From a virus (lineage: Duplodnaviria; Caudoviricetes), in IMG/VR virus record IMGVR_UViG_3300024249_000010, positions 1 through 49,517 of that record: DNA of 49,517 nucleotides; one strand, written 5' to 3'. This document shows, piece by piece, positions 1-8,077 of the stretch. Position numbers and translations under genes: made by a program. Below the pieces are notes generated by a model, which was given only the letters and a program-made list of their open reading frames with translations, did not search any database and was not told the DNA's origin. The stretch's first letter is position 1; each line of letters opens with the position of its first letter.

Positions 1-1
1 C

Positions 2-334
2 AGCCGAATCACTTTGACGATCTGTAATTGCCACCCGGGGATCATCGACTGGCTACACAAACGCTTTGGCGGATCCGCACACTGGATCACCAGAGACCCA
101 CGTTATAAGCCAAGCGGTAGGGTCATCTGGGGAAACGTCGACACAGCGGCAATCCTGAAAATGGTGCTGCCCTACCTGATTATCAAAAAGCATCAGGCGC
201 TACTCGCAATAAAATTCCACTCTACCATGCTGCGAAGAAATCAGTTTCACCACGGATGCTCGGAAAACCTACTAAGGCAACGGGCTCGAATTGTAAGTGA
301 GCTGCGAGCACTAAACAAAAGAGGTGCAATATGA
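2..334 (+). CDS. LAGLIDADG-family homing endonuclease, C-terminal part (cut by window edge)
   Basis: Frame open from window start; 'IDWLHKRFGG', 'LKMVLPYLIIKKHQALLAIKF' and terminal 'LRALNKRG' match phage LAGLIDADG C-termini. Confidence 0.75.
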   Translation, partial: SRITLTICNCHPGIIDWLHKRFGGSAHWITRDPRYKPSGRVIWGNVDTAAILKMVLPYLIIKKHQALLAIKFHSTMLRRNQFHHGCSENLLRQRARIVSELRALNKRGAI

Positions 335-543
335 GCAAAGGAACCAACAAAACCAAATGCCAAATGACAGTTGGCGATAACGGTCAATTTGACGGTGTTG
401 AGCGTTACTGGGAATGCGGGCGACCAGCAAAATTCCGCATGAAAGACAGGTTGCGCGGAGAAATCGTTATCTGCGCCATGCACGCCAACGCCTACAACAG
501 AACAGCCAAGCGTTACAAAAAACCACCACTACAACCATTATGA
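331..543 (+). CDS. hypothetical protein (Cys/His-containing)
   Basis: ATGA overlaps with neighbours on both sides. Confidence 0.7.
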   Translation: MSKGTNKTKCQMTVGDNGQFDGVERYWECGRPAKFRMKDRLRGEIVICAMHANAYNRTAKRYKKPPLQPL

Positions 544-1256
544 AAAGACGTTTCATCGACCAGAACTTCAGGGCGGACAGACTGCAGACGATCGCAACTG
601 CGAACGAAATCATTGAAAGCTATCAGGCGCAAGGATACCGGCTAACACTGCGGCAGCTATACTACCAGTTTGTAAGCCGAGACTTAATCCGAAACAGCGA
701 GCGATCCTATAAAGCTTTAGGGAATGCGATTAGCGACGGCAGGCTTGCCGGGTTGATTGATTGGGCAGCGATCGAAGACCGGGTGCGTGTGCCAAAGACC
801 CCGGGCGAATGGGATAACATCGAGGATCTTGTCGAATCAGCTGTAGCGGCTTACAGGCTGGACCGCTGGGATGGACAGGCGAGCTATTGCGAGTTGTGGG
901 TGGAAAAGGATGCGCTTGCCGGTGTTCTGGAGCCAGTCGCCACCGATTACCACGTTACGCTCATGGTGAACAGGGGTTACAGCTCGCAAAGCGCAATGTA
1001 TGTGGCCGCGAACCGGTTCAGACAGGCTAAGCATGCACGAAAGGCGAAATATCTTTTCTACCTGGGAGACCACGACCCGAGCGGAGAAGATATGGTGCGC
1101 GACGTACGTGATCGGCTTGCGTTGTTTGGCGCCGAAGTCGAGGTGACGAAGATCGCGCTTACAATGGCGCAAGTCGAGCAGTACGGACCTCCGCCAAACC
1201 CCCTCCGCGCAAAACACGTCAGTTGCGTAAGCACCGACAGCAGGTTTTTCATTTAG
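540..1256 (+). CDS. Topo VI subunit A/Spo11-like winged-helix + Toprim protein, apparently C-terminally truncated
   Basis: 'LTLRQLYYQ', 'ELWVEKDAL', 'RGYSS', 'YLGDHDPSG', 'IALT..QV..Y.PPPNP'; ATG at 540 overlaps upstream stop; the usual downstream WExDAL segment is missing. Confidence 0.8.
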   Translation: MKRRFIDQNFRADRLQTIATANEIIESYQAQGYRLTLRQLYYQFVSRDLIRNSERSYKALGNAISDGRLAGLIDWAAIEDRVRVPKTPGEWDNIEDLVESAVAAYRLDRWDGQASYCELWVEKDALAGVLEPVATDYHVTLMVNRGYSSQSAMYVAANRFRQAKHARKAKYLFYLGDHDPSGEDMVRDVRDRLALFGAEVEVTKIALTMAQVEQYGPPPNPLRAKHVSCVSTDSRFFI

Positions 1257-1280
1257 CAACCACACAAACACAAGAAATCT

Positions 1281-2579
1281 ATGAGCGAAGCACCATCGAA
1301 CCTCGCGCCAAATATCTCATTCCGCATCGAAGCAAAAGACCTGCTAGCGATACGCCTACTGCAGAGCAATGATGATACCCGCTATGTTTTGAAGGGGGTG
1401 CATTTCGAGATCCACCCGGACGGCAAGGTCTTGTTGATCGCCACGAACGGCCGTTACATGGGAATCCTCAAACCAGATGTTGCACTAGAGGATCCGGTTG
1501 AAACGCTGATTGAGTTTACAGTGGATTATCCCCTTGTCCGTAACCTGCCAAAGCCGTTGGACTCCCAGTACATCCTTGTTAACTACGACGGCGCCAACGT
1601 GCGGTTTATCAGCCGCGAGCAAACCGTGATTCACCCAGCAATCAAGGGACTATATCCGAAGTGGCGTGACGTGGTGCCGACGAGTGACTTTGCCCCATTC
1701 GATCTCAGCATAAACGCCCGTTACGTTTCCGACTTTCACAAGGTATCCAAGACACTCCAGGGAGTGCGCGGCGAACAGGTGATCCTGAAGGGACACAAAC
1801 ACGTCAGCAGGCCGGACGCTGGCCCGTACTCTGTCATTTCGGTTTTCATGCCTGGATTAGTGCAACGGAAGTTTTACGGGATGATCATGCCGATGGAGCA
1901 GCCAGAATGTGCGGTACCAGACTGGGTGAAACAGCCAGCGCCAGCACCGGCGCCAATCGCTGCAGATGCTGGATTGAATGCGACCACTACGGCCGTTGCG
2001 GCCGAAGGTTTGAAGAATGAGATCCCGCGCAGAAAAGGCGGCGCCTTCTTTATCGGCACCAGCGAAAAGCCGCCAAAAGGAATCGGAACAGACTTCCCGC
2101 GTGAGCCCGGCTTTTCTTACTGGATCGAGTGGGGCAGATGGTACAAGGCGCCTACGGTGGACAGTAAGAAGTTTGGCCCGCACGATTACGAAGACGGTCC
2201 CGGCTCTTGCAAATGCGGCTGTCACATGGGCGACGCCAGCTCATCCGGACCGGTAGATCCGTTTGGGGCGTGTCCGCTGAATCCGAAGCCACCGGCGCCA
2301 CTGCCTTACCCGCCTCCGATCATCCCGTTATCGGAGAAAGCAAAGAATCACCCAGTACCGCACCCCATAATTCCGCCCAGCTACAAAACAACCAGAGCGC
2401 AAGCGCGCAAAGAAAGGAAGCATGTTCATAAGCATAATCCTCGACCCAGGAAGAATCTGGAGCGATCACGCAGTCATCGACACAGAGAGATACGTAAGAA
2501 TCTGCACGTGCGCGGACGAGCGCGACGCGGACACGATCGCAAAGGTACTAAACCAGCATCAACAAGAAAGGCAGGCTAA
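1281..2579 (+). CDS. DNA polymerase III beta-clamp-like protein with long C-terminal extension
   Basis: 'DDTRYVLKGVHFE', 'LIATNGRYM', 'GLYPKWRDVVP', 'GMIMPM' are beta-clamp motifs in the first ~205 aa; then Pro/Ala linker, Cys-rich segment and basic tail. Confidence 0.75.
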   Translation: MSEAPSNLAPNISFRIEAKDLLAIRLLQSNDDTRYVLKGVHFEIHPDGKVLLIATNGRYMGILKPDVALEDPVETLIEFTVDYPLVRNLPKPLDSQYILVNYDGANVRFISREQTVIHPAIKGLYPKWRDVVPTSDFAPFDLSINARYVSDFHKVSKTLQGVRGEQVILKGHKHVSRPDAGPYSVISVFMPGLVQRKFYGMIMPMEQPECAVPDWVKQPAPAPAPIAADAGLNATTTAVAAEGLKNEIPRRKGGAFFIGTSEKPPKGIGTDFPREPGFSYWIEWGRWYKAPTVDSKKFGPHDYEDGPGSCKCGCHMGDASSSGPVDPFGACPLNPKPPAPLPYPPPIIPLSEKAKNHPVPHPIIPPSYKTTRAQARKERKHVHKHNPRPRKNLERSRSHRHREIRKNLHVRGRARRGHDRKGTKPASTRKAG

Positions 2580-2613
2580 AGCCCTGTTAGCAGAGAAAGT
2601 AACCGAATGTTAG
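2422..2613 (+). CDS. hypothetical protein
   Basis: AAGGAAG directly before ATG; stop overlaps the next start; overlaps the tail of the previous ORF. Confidence 0.55.
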   Translation: MFISIILDPGRIWSDHAVIDTERYVRICTCADERDADTIAKVLNQHQQERQAKALLAEKVTEC

Positions 2614-3257
2614 GAAAACCGCCAACGCTTCCCCCGACGCTGCCAGGAGAGAGATACGGCTGGCTTCGGATTTTGAATGTTGTCGGCAAGGTTCTTCTTT
2701 GCGAGTGTGATTGCGGTACTGTTAAATGCCTAGACCGTTACAAGGTGATCTCCGGACACACGAAATCGTGTGGCTGTTACAGATCCCAAATTCGAGCAGC
2801 CGACAACTTCAAGCATGGGGGCGTTCACTTAATGGCTTACAACCGCTGGCAATCCATGATCAGAAGATGCTACCGGCCGAGCAGTCACGATTATCAGCAT
2901 TATGGCGGGCGAGGTATAACTGTCTGCGATCGTTGGCAGCAATTCGCTGGCTTCTATGCGGACATGGGAGATCCGCCAACGCCAAAGCACTATCTGGATC
3001 GATGGCCAGATAACAACGGAAATTACGAGCCCGGAAATTGTCGATGGGCTACTACAGCGCAAAGCGCACGCAACAGGCGAAGCGTTTTACAAATTACTTA
3101 TCGCGGGCAAACGCAGTGCTTGCGAGACTGGGTGAACCAGCTTGGCTTACAATACGGAACGTGCCTGTACAGATTAAGGCACGGGCATCCGCTGGAGCAG
3201 GTATTTTTGCCCGGGCCAATCCACCATCTGCGGCAAAGGAAAATTAACAATACATGA
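2607..3257 (+). CDS. HNH homing endonuclease
   Basis: 'CECDCG..GHTKSCGC', 'MIRRC..YGGRGITVCDRW', 'DRWPDNNGNYEPGNCRWAT'. Confidence 0.9.
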   Translation: MLGKPPTLPPTLPGERYGWLRILNVVGKVLLCECDCGTVKCLDRYKVISGHTKSCGCYRSQIRAADNFKHGGVHLMAYNRWQSMIRRCYRPSSHDYQHYGGRGITVCDRWQQFAGFYADMGDPPTPKHYLDRWPDNNGNYEPGNCRWATTAQSARNRRSVLQITYRGQTQCLRDWVNQLGLQYGTCLYRLRHGHPLEQVFLPGPIHHLRQRKINNT

Positions 3258-4519
3258 GCACAACAGCCGTAACAGTTCAGCAACCCGTAACCGTTCAAGC
3301 TAAGACCGAAATCGAATACACCCCGTTTGCGAGCGACGACAAGATCAAGCTTTCTCTTGCAGTAATCCGGAACTACATCGCAGTGCCTACCCGTGAGAAG
3401 GATCTTCCGGACGATCGCTCAGCGATGAAGTTTATGATGCTGTGCAGATCCCGCAGGCTCAATCCGTTTGAGGGAGATGCGTACCTCATAGGATTTCGAA
3501 AGCGCCAGGGAACCGACAACCAACCGCCTGAAGTTGAATGGAGCTTAATCACTTCCCAAAGCGCCTTTATGAAACGTGCCGAAGTGCACCCGGATTTTGA
3601 TGGATTTGAATCCGGTGTGATCGTGCGCAACGCTGAAGACCAGATCGTCGAGCGGGAAGGTGACTTTCTTTGGAACGGCGACGAGCTGTTAGGCGGCTGG
3701 TGCGTTGTGCATTTTAAAAACCGAAAATTTCCATGCCGCAAAAGGGTGCAGCTGTCGACCTACCGGAAGAATTTCGGTGTGTGGGTGACGGACCCGGCCG
3801 GGATGATCTGCAAGGTTGCCGAGGTGCACGCGCTCAGGGACGCTTTCCCGACGACACTCGGCGGCATGATGCTGCGCGAGGAATATGTCGATATACCGGC
3901 CGAAGTGGTAGCAACGCGAGAAGCGAAGCGTCCCGAATTTGTCCAGGGACTACCGGCGCCGGACCTGAAAGAGCAACCCGGGAAACAAGCCGGGAACATT
4001 CGCAAGGTTGAGAATACAACCCAGGGAACGGGTAAAACGCCCCAGGAGCCGAAACAGGCTGTCACCACCCCGCCCGGGCAACAAACGCCTCAGGACGGGG
4101 CAGCGGCTAATCCTACCGGGCCATTAGAGCCACAAAGTGAGGGGTCTGAACCCACGGCCGAAGAGATTGAAGCGGCAGCCAATCAGGCAGCGTCCACAAA
4201 TGAGACAGCTTCGGCAGCACCTGCCACCCCAACGGGGCAGACATCGCCTGTGTCACCGCCCCAGGTAGGTGCTGCCACCCCTAAAAATGACCCGTCGACG
4301 TTCAAAGCGAAAGACGGTGAATCCATACCCTTAACGTCTGTGCGCCGCTGGCTGCACACAGAGGGTAAGACAGAGCCCGAGCTGATGCGGGTCTTGGTTG
4401 CAAACAAGGCAGCCAAAACCGGGCAAAAGCTGGCTGAGTTGACCGAGGCGAAGATCGATAACGTGTATAAGGCGCGCGCCACGCTCTTGACTCAGATGAA
4501 TCAGCAACCCGCGACGTAA
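3254..4519 (+). CDS. Bet/RecT-family single-strand annealing recombinase
   Basis: 'LNPFEGDAYLIGF', 'FDGFESGVIV', 'LLGGWCVV', 'W...PAGMICKVAE..ALRDAFP'; long disordered linker and small C-terminal domain. Confidence 0.88.
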   Translation: MSTTAVTVQQPVTVQAKTEIEYTPFASDDKIKLSLAVIRNYIAVPTREKDLPDDRSAMKFMMLCRSRRLNPFEGDAYLIGFRKRQGTDNQPPEVEWSLITSQSAFMKRAEVHPDFDGFESGVIVRNAEDQIVEREGDFLWNGDELLGGWCVVHFKNRKFPCRKRVQLSTYRKNFGVWVTDPAGMICKVAEVHALRDAFPTTLGGMMLREEYVDIPAEVVATREAKRPEFVQGLPAPDLKEQPGKQAGNIRKVENTTQGTGKTPQEPKQAVTTPPGQQTPQDGAAANPTGPLEPQSEGSEPTAEEIEAAANQAASTNETASAAPATPTGQTSPVSPPQVGAATPKNDPSTFKAKDGESIPLTSVRRWLHTEGKTEPELMRVLVANKAAKTGQKLAELTEAKIDNVYKARATLLTQMNQQPAT

Positions 4520-4533
4520 ACTGCTGCAGTTTT

Positions 4534-4610
4534 GGGGTGCCTGGATTGGTTCACTTGCCTCTCGTTTGAAGCAAGGTCATTCATGCCGCCAGTCCGGCAC
4601 CCCTTCCTTT
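4534..4610 (+). promoter_or_regulatory. long intergenic stem-loop (terminator/attenuator or RNase III-type site)
   Basis: GGGGTGCC-T-GGATTGG (4534-4549) pairs with CCAGTCC-GGCACCCC (4589-4603); inner CTTGC/GCAAG stem; followed by TTCCTTT and ATG 4611. Confidence 0.55.
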
Positions 4611-4982
4611 ATGAAAGACGCTAAAGTCTGCCCGAGCTGCCTCGCTGAGCCGTGGACTCATCTGGTAGGTGACCACGACCGGAAGCAGCCAAACTTTTGC
4701 TCTGACTGCGGCGACAAGTTGATCCCGCGATCGGAACTACCGCGCGACATCTGGAAAGATCCGGCCGTGCGCGAGGCGCTTAAAGAACGTCCGGCGTTTG
4801 ACATCGCATGCTTGCGCTGTCCGAAGTGTCACGAACTTGGGTACTACAACGAGGGATCCTCTTTCACCTGTCGCTTCTGCGACGAAACGATCCGCGTCGA
4901 CGAAGAGCTGGCGCAGGAATTCGTTTTGTTAGCCGACACAGTTACCGACACCACGGACGGGTACAACAACGAAACCAAATGA
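4611..4982 (+). CDS. hypothetical zinc-ribbon protein
   Basis: Four CxxC pairs (CPSC, CSDC, CPKC, CRFC); ATGA overlap downstream. Confidence 0.7.
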   Translation: MKDAKVCPSCLAEPWTHLVGDHDRKQPNFCSDCGDKLIPRSELPRDIWKDPAVREALKERPAFDIACLRCPKCHELGYYNEGSSFTCRFCDETIRVDEELAQEFVLLADTVTDTTDGYNNETK

Positions 4983-5398
4983 GAGCCCTATCTTTATGGG
5001 AACCTTGGGCAAGCGCCATGCACCTCGGCAGGAAAGAGAATGAGACGCGAAGCTGGCCGACTCAGTACCGGGGCGACGTGGTGATCTGCGCCGCAAAGCG
5101 CAAGATGACCAAGGATGACTTGGACACGCTGTACATCCTCGTCGATCCGCCCGACGTGAAAAACTACGTCATCCCATACGGTTGCGCGTTGTGCGTGGTT
5201 GAGCTGTGGAAGTGCATACCGACAACGGTTTGCCCGGCGTGCGAACTAGAGTGGCAACTTGGAGACTATTCGCCGGGACGCTTCGCCTGGATGACGCGCA
5301 ACCTGAGAGCACTCAAAGAGCCCGTGCCGATCCTCGGCAGGCAGGGACTTTGGACATTAACGCCCGAGGAAGAAGCAGCCGTGAGAGCGCAATTATGA
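4979..5398 (+). CDS. ASCH domain protein
   Basis: 'MRALSLWEPWAS..GRKENETRSWPT.YRG.VVICAAK' and 'PVPILGRQGLW'. Confidence 0.9.
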   Translation: MRALSLWEPWASAMHLGRKENETRSWPTQYRGDVVICAAKRKMTKDDLDTLYILVDPPDVKNYVIPYGCALCVVELWKCIPTTVCPACELEWQLGDYSPGRFAWMTRNLRALKEPVPILGRQGLWTLTPEEEAAVRAQL

Positions 5399-5868
5399 AC
5401 AAGAAGCCATTAGAAATAAGCGACACAGACGCAACGATCATCCAGAGCTACAAAGGCATCCGGATCGATTACGACGAAGACCGCAACAAATGGAAATTCG
5501 AGTTGCGCGGACGCGAGCGAGAAGTCGACTCCCTGAAGGCGGCTCGACAGCTGATCGACCAGCCAATGAGAGACAAAGCCACGTTCCAAAGATTCAAGGC
5601 ATGGTTTTCGCAGTGGCGCGGATCGTTCGTCGAGGTAGAGGTGACGTCCATCGCCGTCAGAGACGTGTACAACACCACAGAAGTCTGGATAAGTAAACCA
5701 GGGGAAGGCCGTTCGAAGGAACTGGCGAGGCACGTGTATCCAAAATCAGCGCACAACGATCACCTGATCTCTGGTATTCACGATCTGGATGCGTCGATCA
5801 CTAAGCTAACGAAAAGCAGAGAGGAACTTGTCAACAAACTAAAATCTTATGAGCCCGGAGACGAATGA
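5395..5868 (+). CDS. hypothetical protein
   Basis: ATGA-coupled ORF with C-terminal coiled coil. Confidence 0.7.
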   Translation: MNKKPLEISDTDATIIQSYKGIRIDYDEDRNKWKFELRGREREVDSLKAARQLIDQPMRDKATFQRFKAWFSQWRGSFVEVEVTSIAVRDVYNTTEVWISKPGEGRSKELARHVYPKSAHNDHLISGIHDLDASITKLTKSREELVNKLKSYEPGDE

Positions 5869-7009
5869 CGTACGACTTGGCTTGCCGAGCGCAAGCATGA
5901 CTTGGTTTTGGAATTGCCCGGGATCTCTCCGCCTTCGCGACAGCCTCAGCGACTCGGAACTGAAAAAGGCCAACGAGCCGGACGAATACATTATCAGCGG
6001 CAACAAGATCGACAAGTCCCGCGAGGAAGGCATGCCCCTGGACCTGAATGACGACGAGCTGGAGCTATTCCAGAACGGTTTGAAATTCGAGGATCGCCTT
6101 GTGCAATCGTGGCTGGCAGCGATCAACGCGTCCGACTGCGAAGAGGGTCCGCACAAGGAACGTCTGTTTCTGAATCATCCGGAGACGATGGCGCCGATCC
6201 TGTCCGGTGAATCCGACGTGCATTACATCGCACAGAGCGAAGGAAGGAAGCACGCTCTCGTAATTGATTGGAAATTGATTGGCCCTAACGTCCCGCCCGC
6301 CACGCGCAACACGCAGCTGCGGATCCTTGCCGTGCTGAAGTACCGCGACATGGATGACATCGCCGGGGTCCGAGTCGCAATCAACCGGTGCATGGACAAG
6401 GTTGGAGCCCGGGACTATTGCGATTACACCCCGCTCGACATCGAGCGATCGGAAGCCTGGATCATGCAACACCTCTGGCTGAGCCAACAGGAAGACGCGC
6501 CACTGACACCGGGCCAGTGGTGCTATCACTGCCCCTGCAACGCGATCTGCCCAATGGCAGGCAGTTACGCGCTCTTGCCTAGCGTTATAGCGTCCCGAGC
6601 GTTAGCATCGAGCACAGACGTTTCTGCAATGGTGCATGCACTCAAACCCGCAGACTTGGTAAAGCTATGGGAGAACAAAGCACTTATCGAAAAAGTCCTG
6701 AAGGCAGTCGTTTCCCGTTTGAAAGCAATGCCACCCGACCAACTAGCCTCCCTCGGATTGGGCTTCGGCAAAGGCCGGGCAATGAACCCGATCGTAAAAA
6801 CCAAAGATTGCTTCGACTTCCTCAAAACCGTGCAGATGCTGCCCGAGGAAAAGCTTTGGGCCGCAATGCAATTCAGCAATACCGACATCGCCGATATGGT
6901 CCGCGAAGATAAGAACCTGACCAAAGAAGGCGCGTCAAATTGGGTGAAGACCGTTCTTGCGGAATTCATGCAGCAGTCCACAGCCGAGGCACCACTGAAA
7001 CGAATATGA
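5849..7009 (+). CDS. DUF2800/Cas4-like PD-(D/E)XK exonuclease
   Basis: 'PSAS..W..CPGS', 'SGESD..VIDWK', 'NTQLRILA', 'PGQWCYHCPCNAICP'; near Bet. Confidence 0.85.
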   Translation: MSPETNDVRLGLPSASMTWFWNCPGSLRLRDSLSDSELKKANEPDEYIISGNKIDKSREEGMPLDLNDDELELFQNGLKFEDRLVQSWLAAINASDCEEGPHKERLFLNHPETMAPILSGESDVHYIAQSEGRKHALVIDWKLIGPNVPPATRNTQLRILAVLKYRDMDDIAGVRVAINRCMDKVGARDYCDYTPLDIERSEAWIMQHLWLSQQEDAPLTPGQWCYHCPCNAICPMAGSYALLPSVIASRALASSTDVSAMVHALKPADLVKLWENKALIEKVLKAVVSRLKAMPPDQLASLGLGFGKGRAMNPIVKTKDCFDFLKTVQMLPEEKLWAAMQFSNTDIADMVREDKNLTKEGASNWVKTVLAEFMQQSTAEAPLKRI

Positions 7010-7428
7010 CCGAGAACCAACAAATCATTCAGCTACTCACTGAGATCCGTGACTTGCTGAAAGCCCGACGAGCTACAACGGCGCCGCAACAGCAGACAAG
7101 CCAAGCGCAGTTTTCCGACGCACCCGATCGTAACTGCTACGCCAAACTCAGAGACGACTCGTGGGGCGTGCGTTGTTTTCAAGAGGCAAAGCCGGGCGAC
7201 TTGGTTGTTGTGTTCACCAAAGACAATAAAAAGCGGACCGAAACGATCAATCAGGTTGTATTCACAGGGCCCGATCGACGAAGCGGGAAGATGATTTGGA
7301 TCTGTTCAGTTGTGCCGCGAAGCAAGACCACGACAGCACAAGCCCTAGCGCCGGTCGACGCGCCAGCGGCTCAAGCTGAGGCAGAGGCTAACGCGGCAGC
7401 GGCCGAAGATGATGACGTGCCGTTTTGA
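7006..7428 (+). CDS. hypothetical protein with SSB-like acidic tail
   Basis: Ends 'EDDDVPF'; lies in recombination module; no clear OB-fold signature. Confidence 0.6.
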   Translation: MTENQQIIQLLTEIRDLLKARRATTAPQQQTSQAQFSDAPDRNCYAKLRDDSWGVRCFQEAKPGDLVVVFTKDNKKRTETINQVVFTGPDRRSGKMIWICSVVPRSKTTTAQALAPVDAPAAQAEAEANAAAAEDDDVPF

Positions 7429-7431
7429 AAA

Positions 7432-7827
7432 ATGACACCGGATGACTTTAAAAAACTTTGTGCAAACAACAGATATGTTCCAGCCGGAACGGACGCAGAC
7501 GGGACCGTCAGCTTCAGAAAAGCCCCCATTCCTGACCATCGAGATCCCGGGACGCTGCCCCTCGTGGAACGAAATCCTAGCGATGGAGCATTGGGCCAGA
7601 GACAAATACAAGCAATCCCTCCGGGGCGTGTTCTTGTGCGCGTTACGAGCTTCCGCACAAGACTCCTCGACGAAGACAACCTCTGTGAGAAGTACTATAT
7701 CGACCTATGCCGATACGCTGGAATTATACGACAAGACCACCCGGGAGCGGCGACGATTGAAGTCCGCCAAAAGAAGATTGGCCCTAAAGAACCCGAGTTT
7801 GTTCGAATCGAAATCTTCGAAGCCTAA
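7432..7827 (+). CDS. RusA-like Holliday junction resolvase, catalytic (C-terminal) part
   Basis: 'RVLVRVTSFRTRLLDEDNLCEKYYIDLCRYAGIIRQD..IEVRQ..VRIEI' fits RusA DxDNxxK..D..G...DD; ATG 3 nt after upstream stop. Confidence 0.8.
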   Translation: MTPDDFKKLCANNRYVPAGTDADGTVSFRKAPIPDHRDPGTLPLVERNPSDGALGQRQIQAIPPGRVLVRVTSFRTRLLDEDNLCEKYYIDLCRYAGIIRQDHPGAATIEVRQKKIGPKEPEFVRIEIFEA

Positions 7828-7846
7828 CGGTCCGTTACCATTCTGA
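7442..7846 (+). CDS. overlapping ORF carrying RusA-like N-terminal strand/helix
   Basis: 'LTIEIPGRCPSWNEILAMEHWARDKYKQSLRGVFLCAL' fits the RusA-family PSxN..HW..R helix; its TGA abuts the GTG start at 7847; start could be 7442 or 7475. Confidence 0.65.
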   Translation: MTLKNFVQTTDMFQPERTQTGPSASEKPPFLTIEIPGRCPSWNEILAMEHWARDKYKQSLRGVFLCALRASAQDSSTKTTSVRSTISTYADTLELYDKTTRERRRLKSAKRRLALKNPSLFESKSSKPNGPLPF

Positions 7847-8029
7847 GTGAACACCTGCCAATTCAGCGATGACCGAATGTACCGGTACACGCTCACCCAA
7901 CGGTGGAGCGACGATCCGCTTGTGCAATTCATTGGGCTCAACCCATCGACTGCCGACGAGAATGCAGACGACCCGACGATCCGACGCTGCAAGGCTTTCG
8001 CGAAGAGCTGGGAACCCGAGCGACATTGA
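7847..8029 (+). pseudogene. DUF1643 family protein, N-terminal half
   Basis: 'FSDDRMYRYTLTQRW..FIGLNPSTADENADDPTIRRCKAFAKSW' then early stop. Confidence 0.85.
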
Positions 8030-8077
8030 CGGGGATGCAGCCAAGCGCCACCTCGAGGCGGTACGACAAGCACTCCT

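Noticed and set aside
5849-7009. Cas4 as evidence for CRISPR-Cas
   Set aside because: Context (Bet, SSB-like, RusA-like) fits a phage recombination exonuclease
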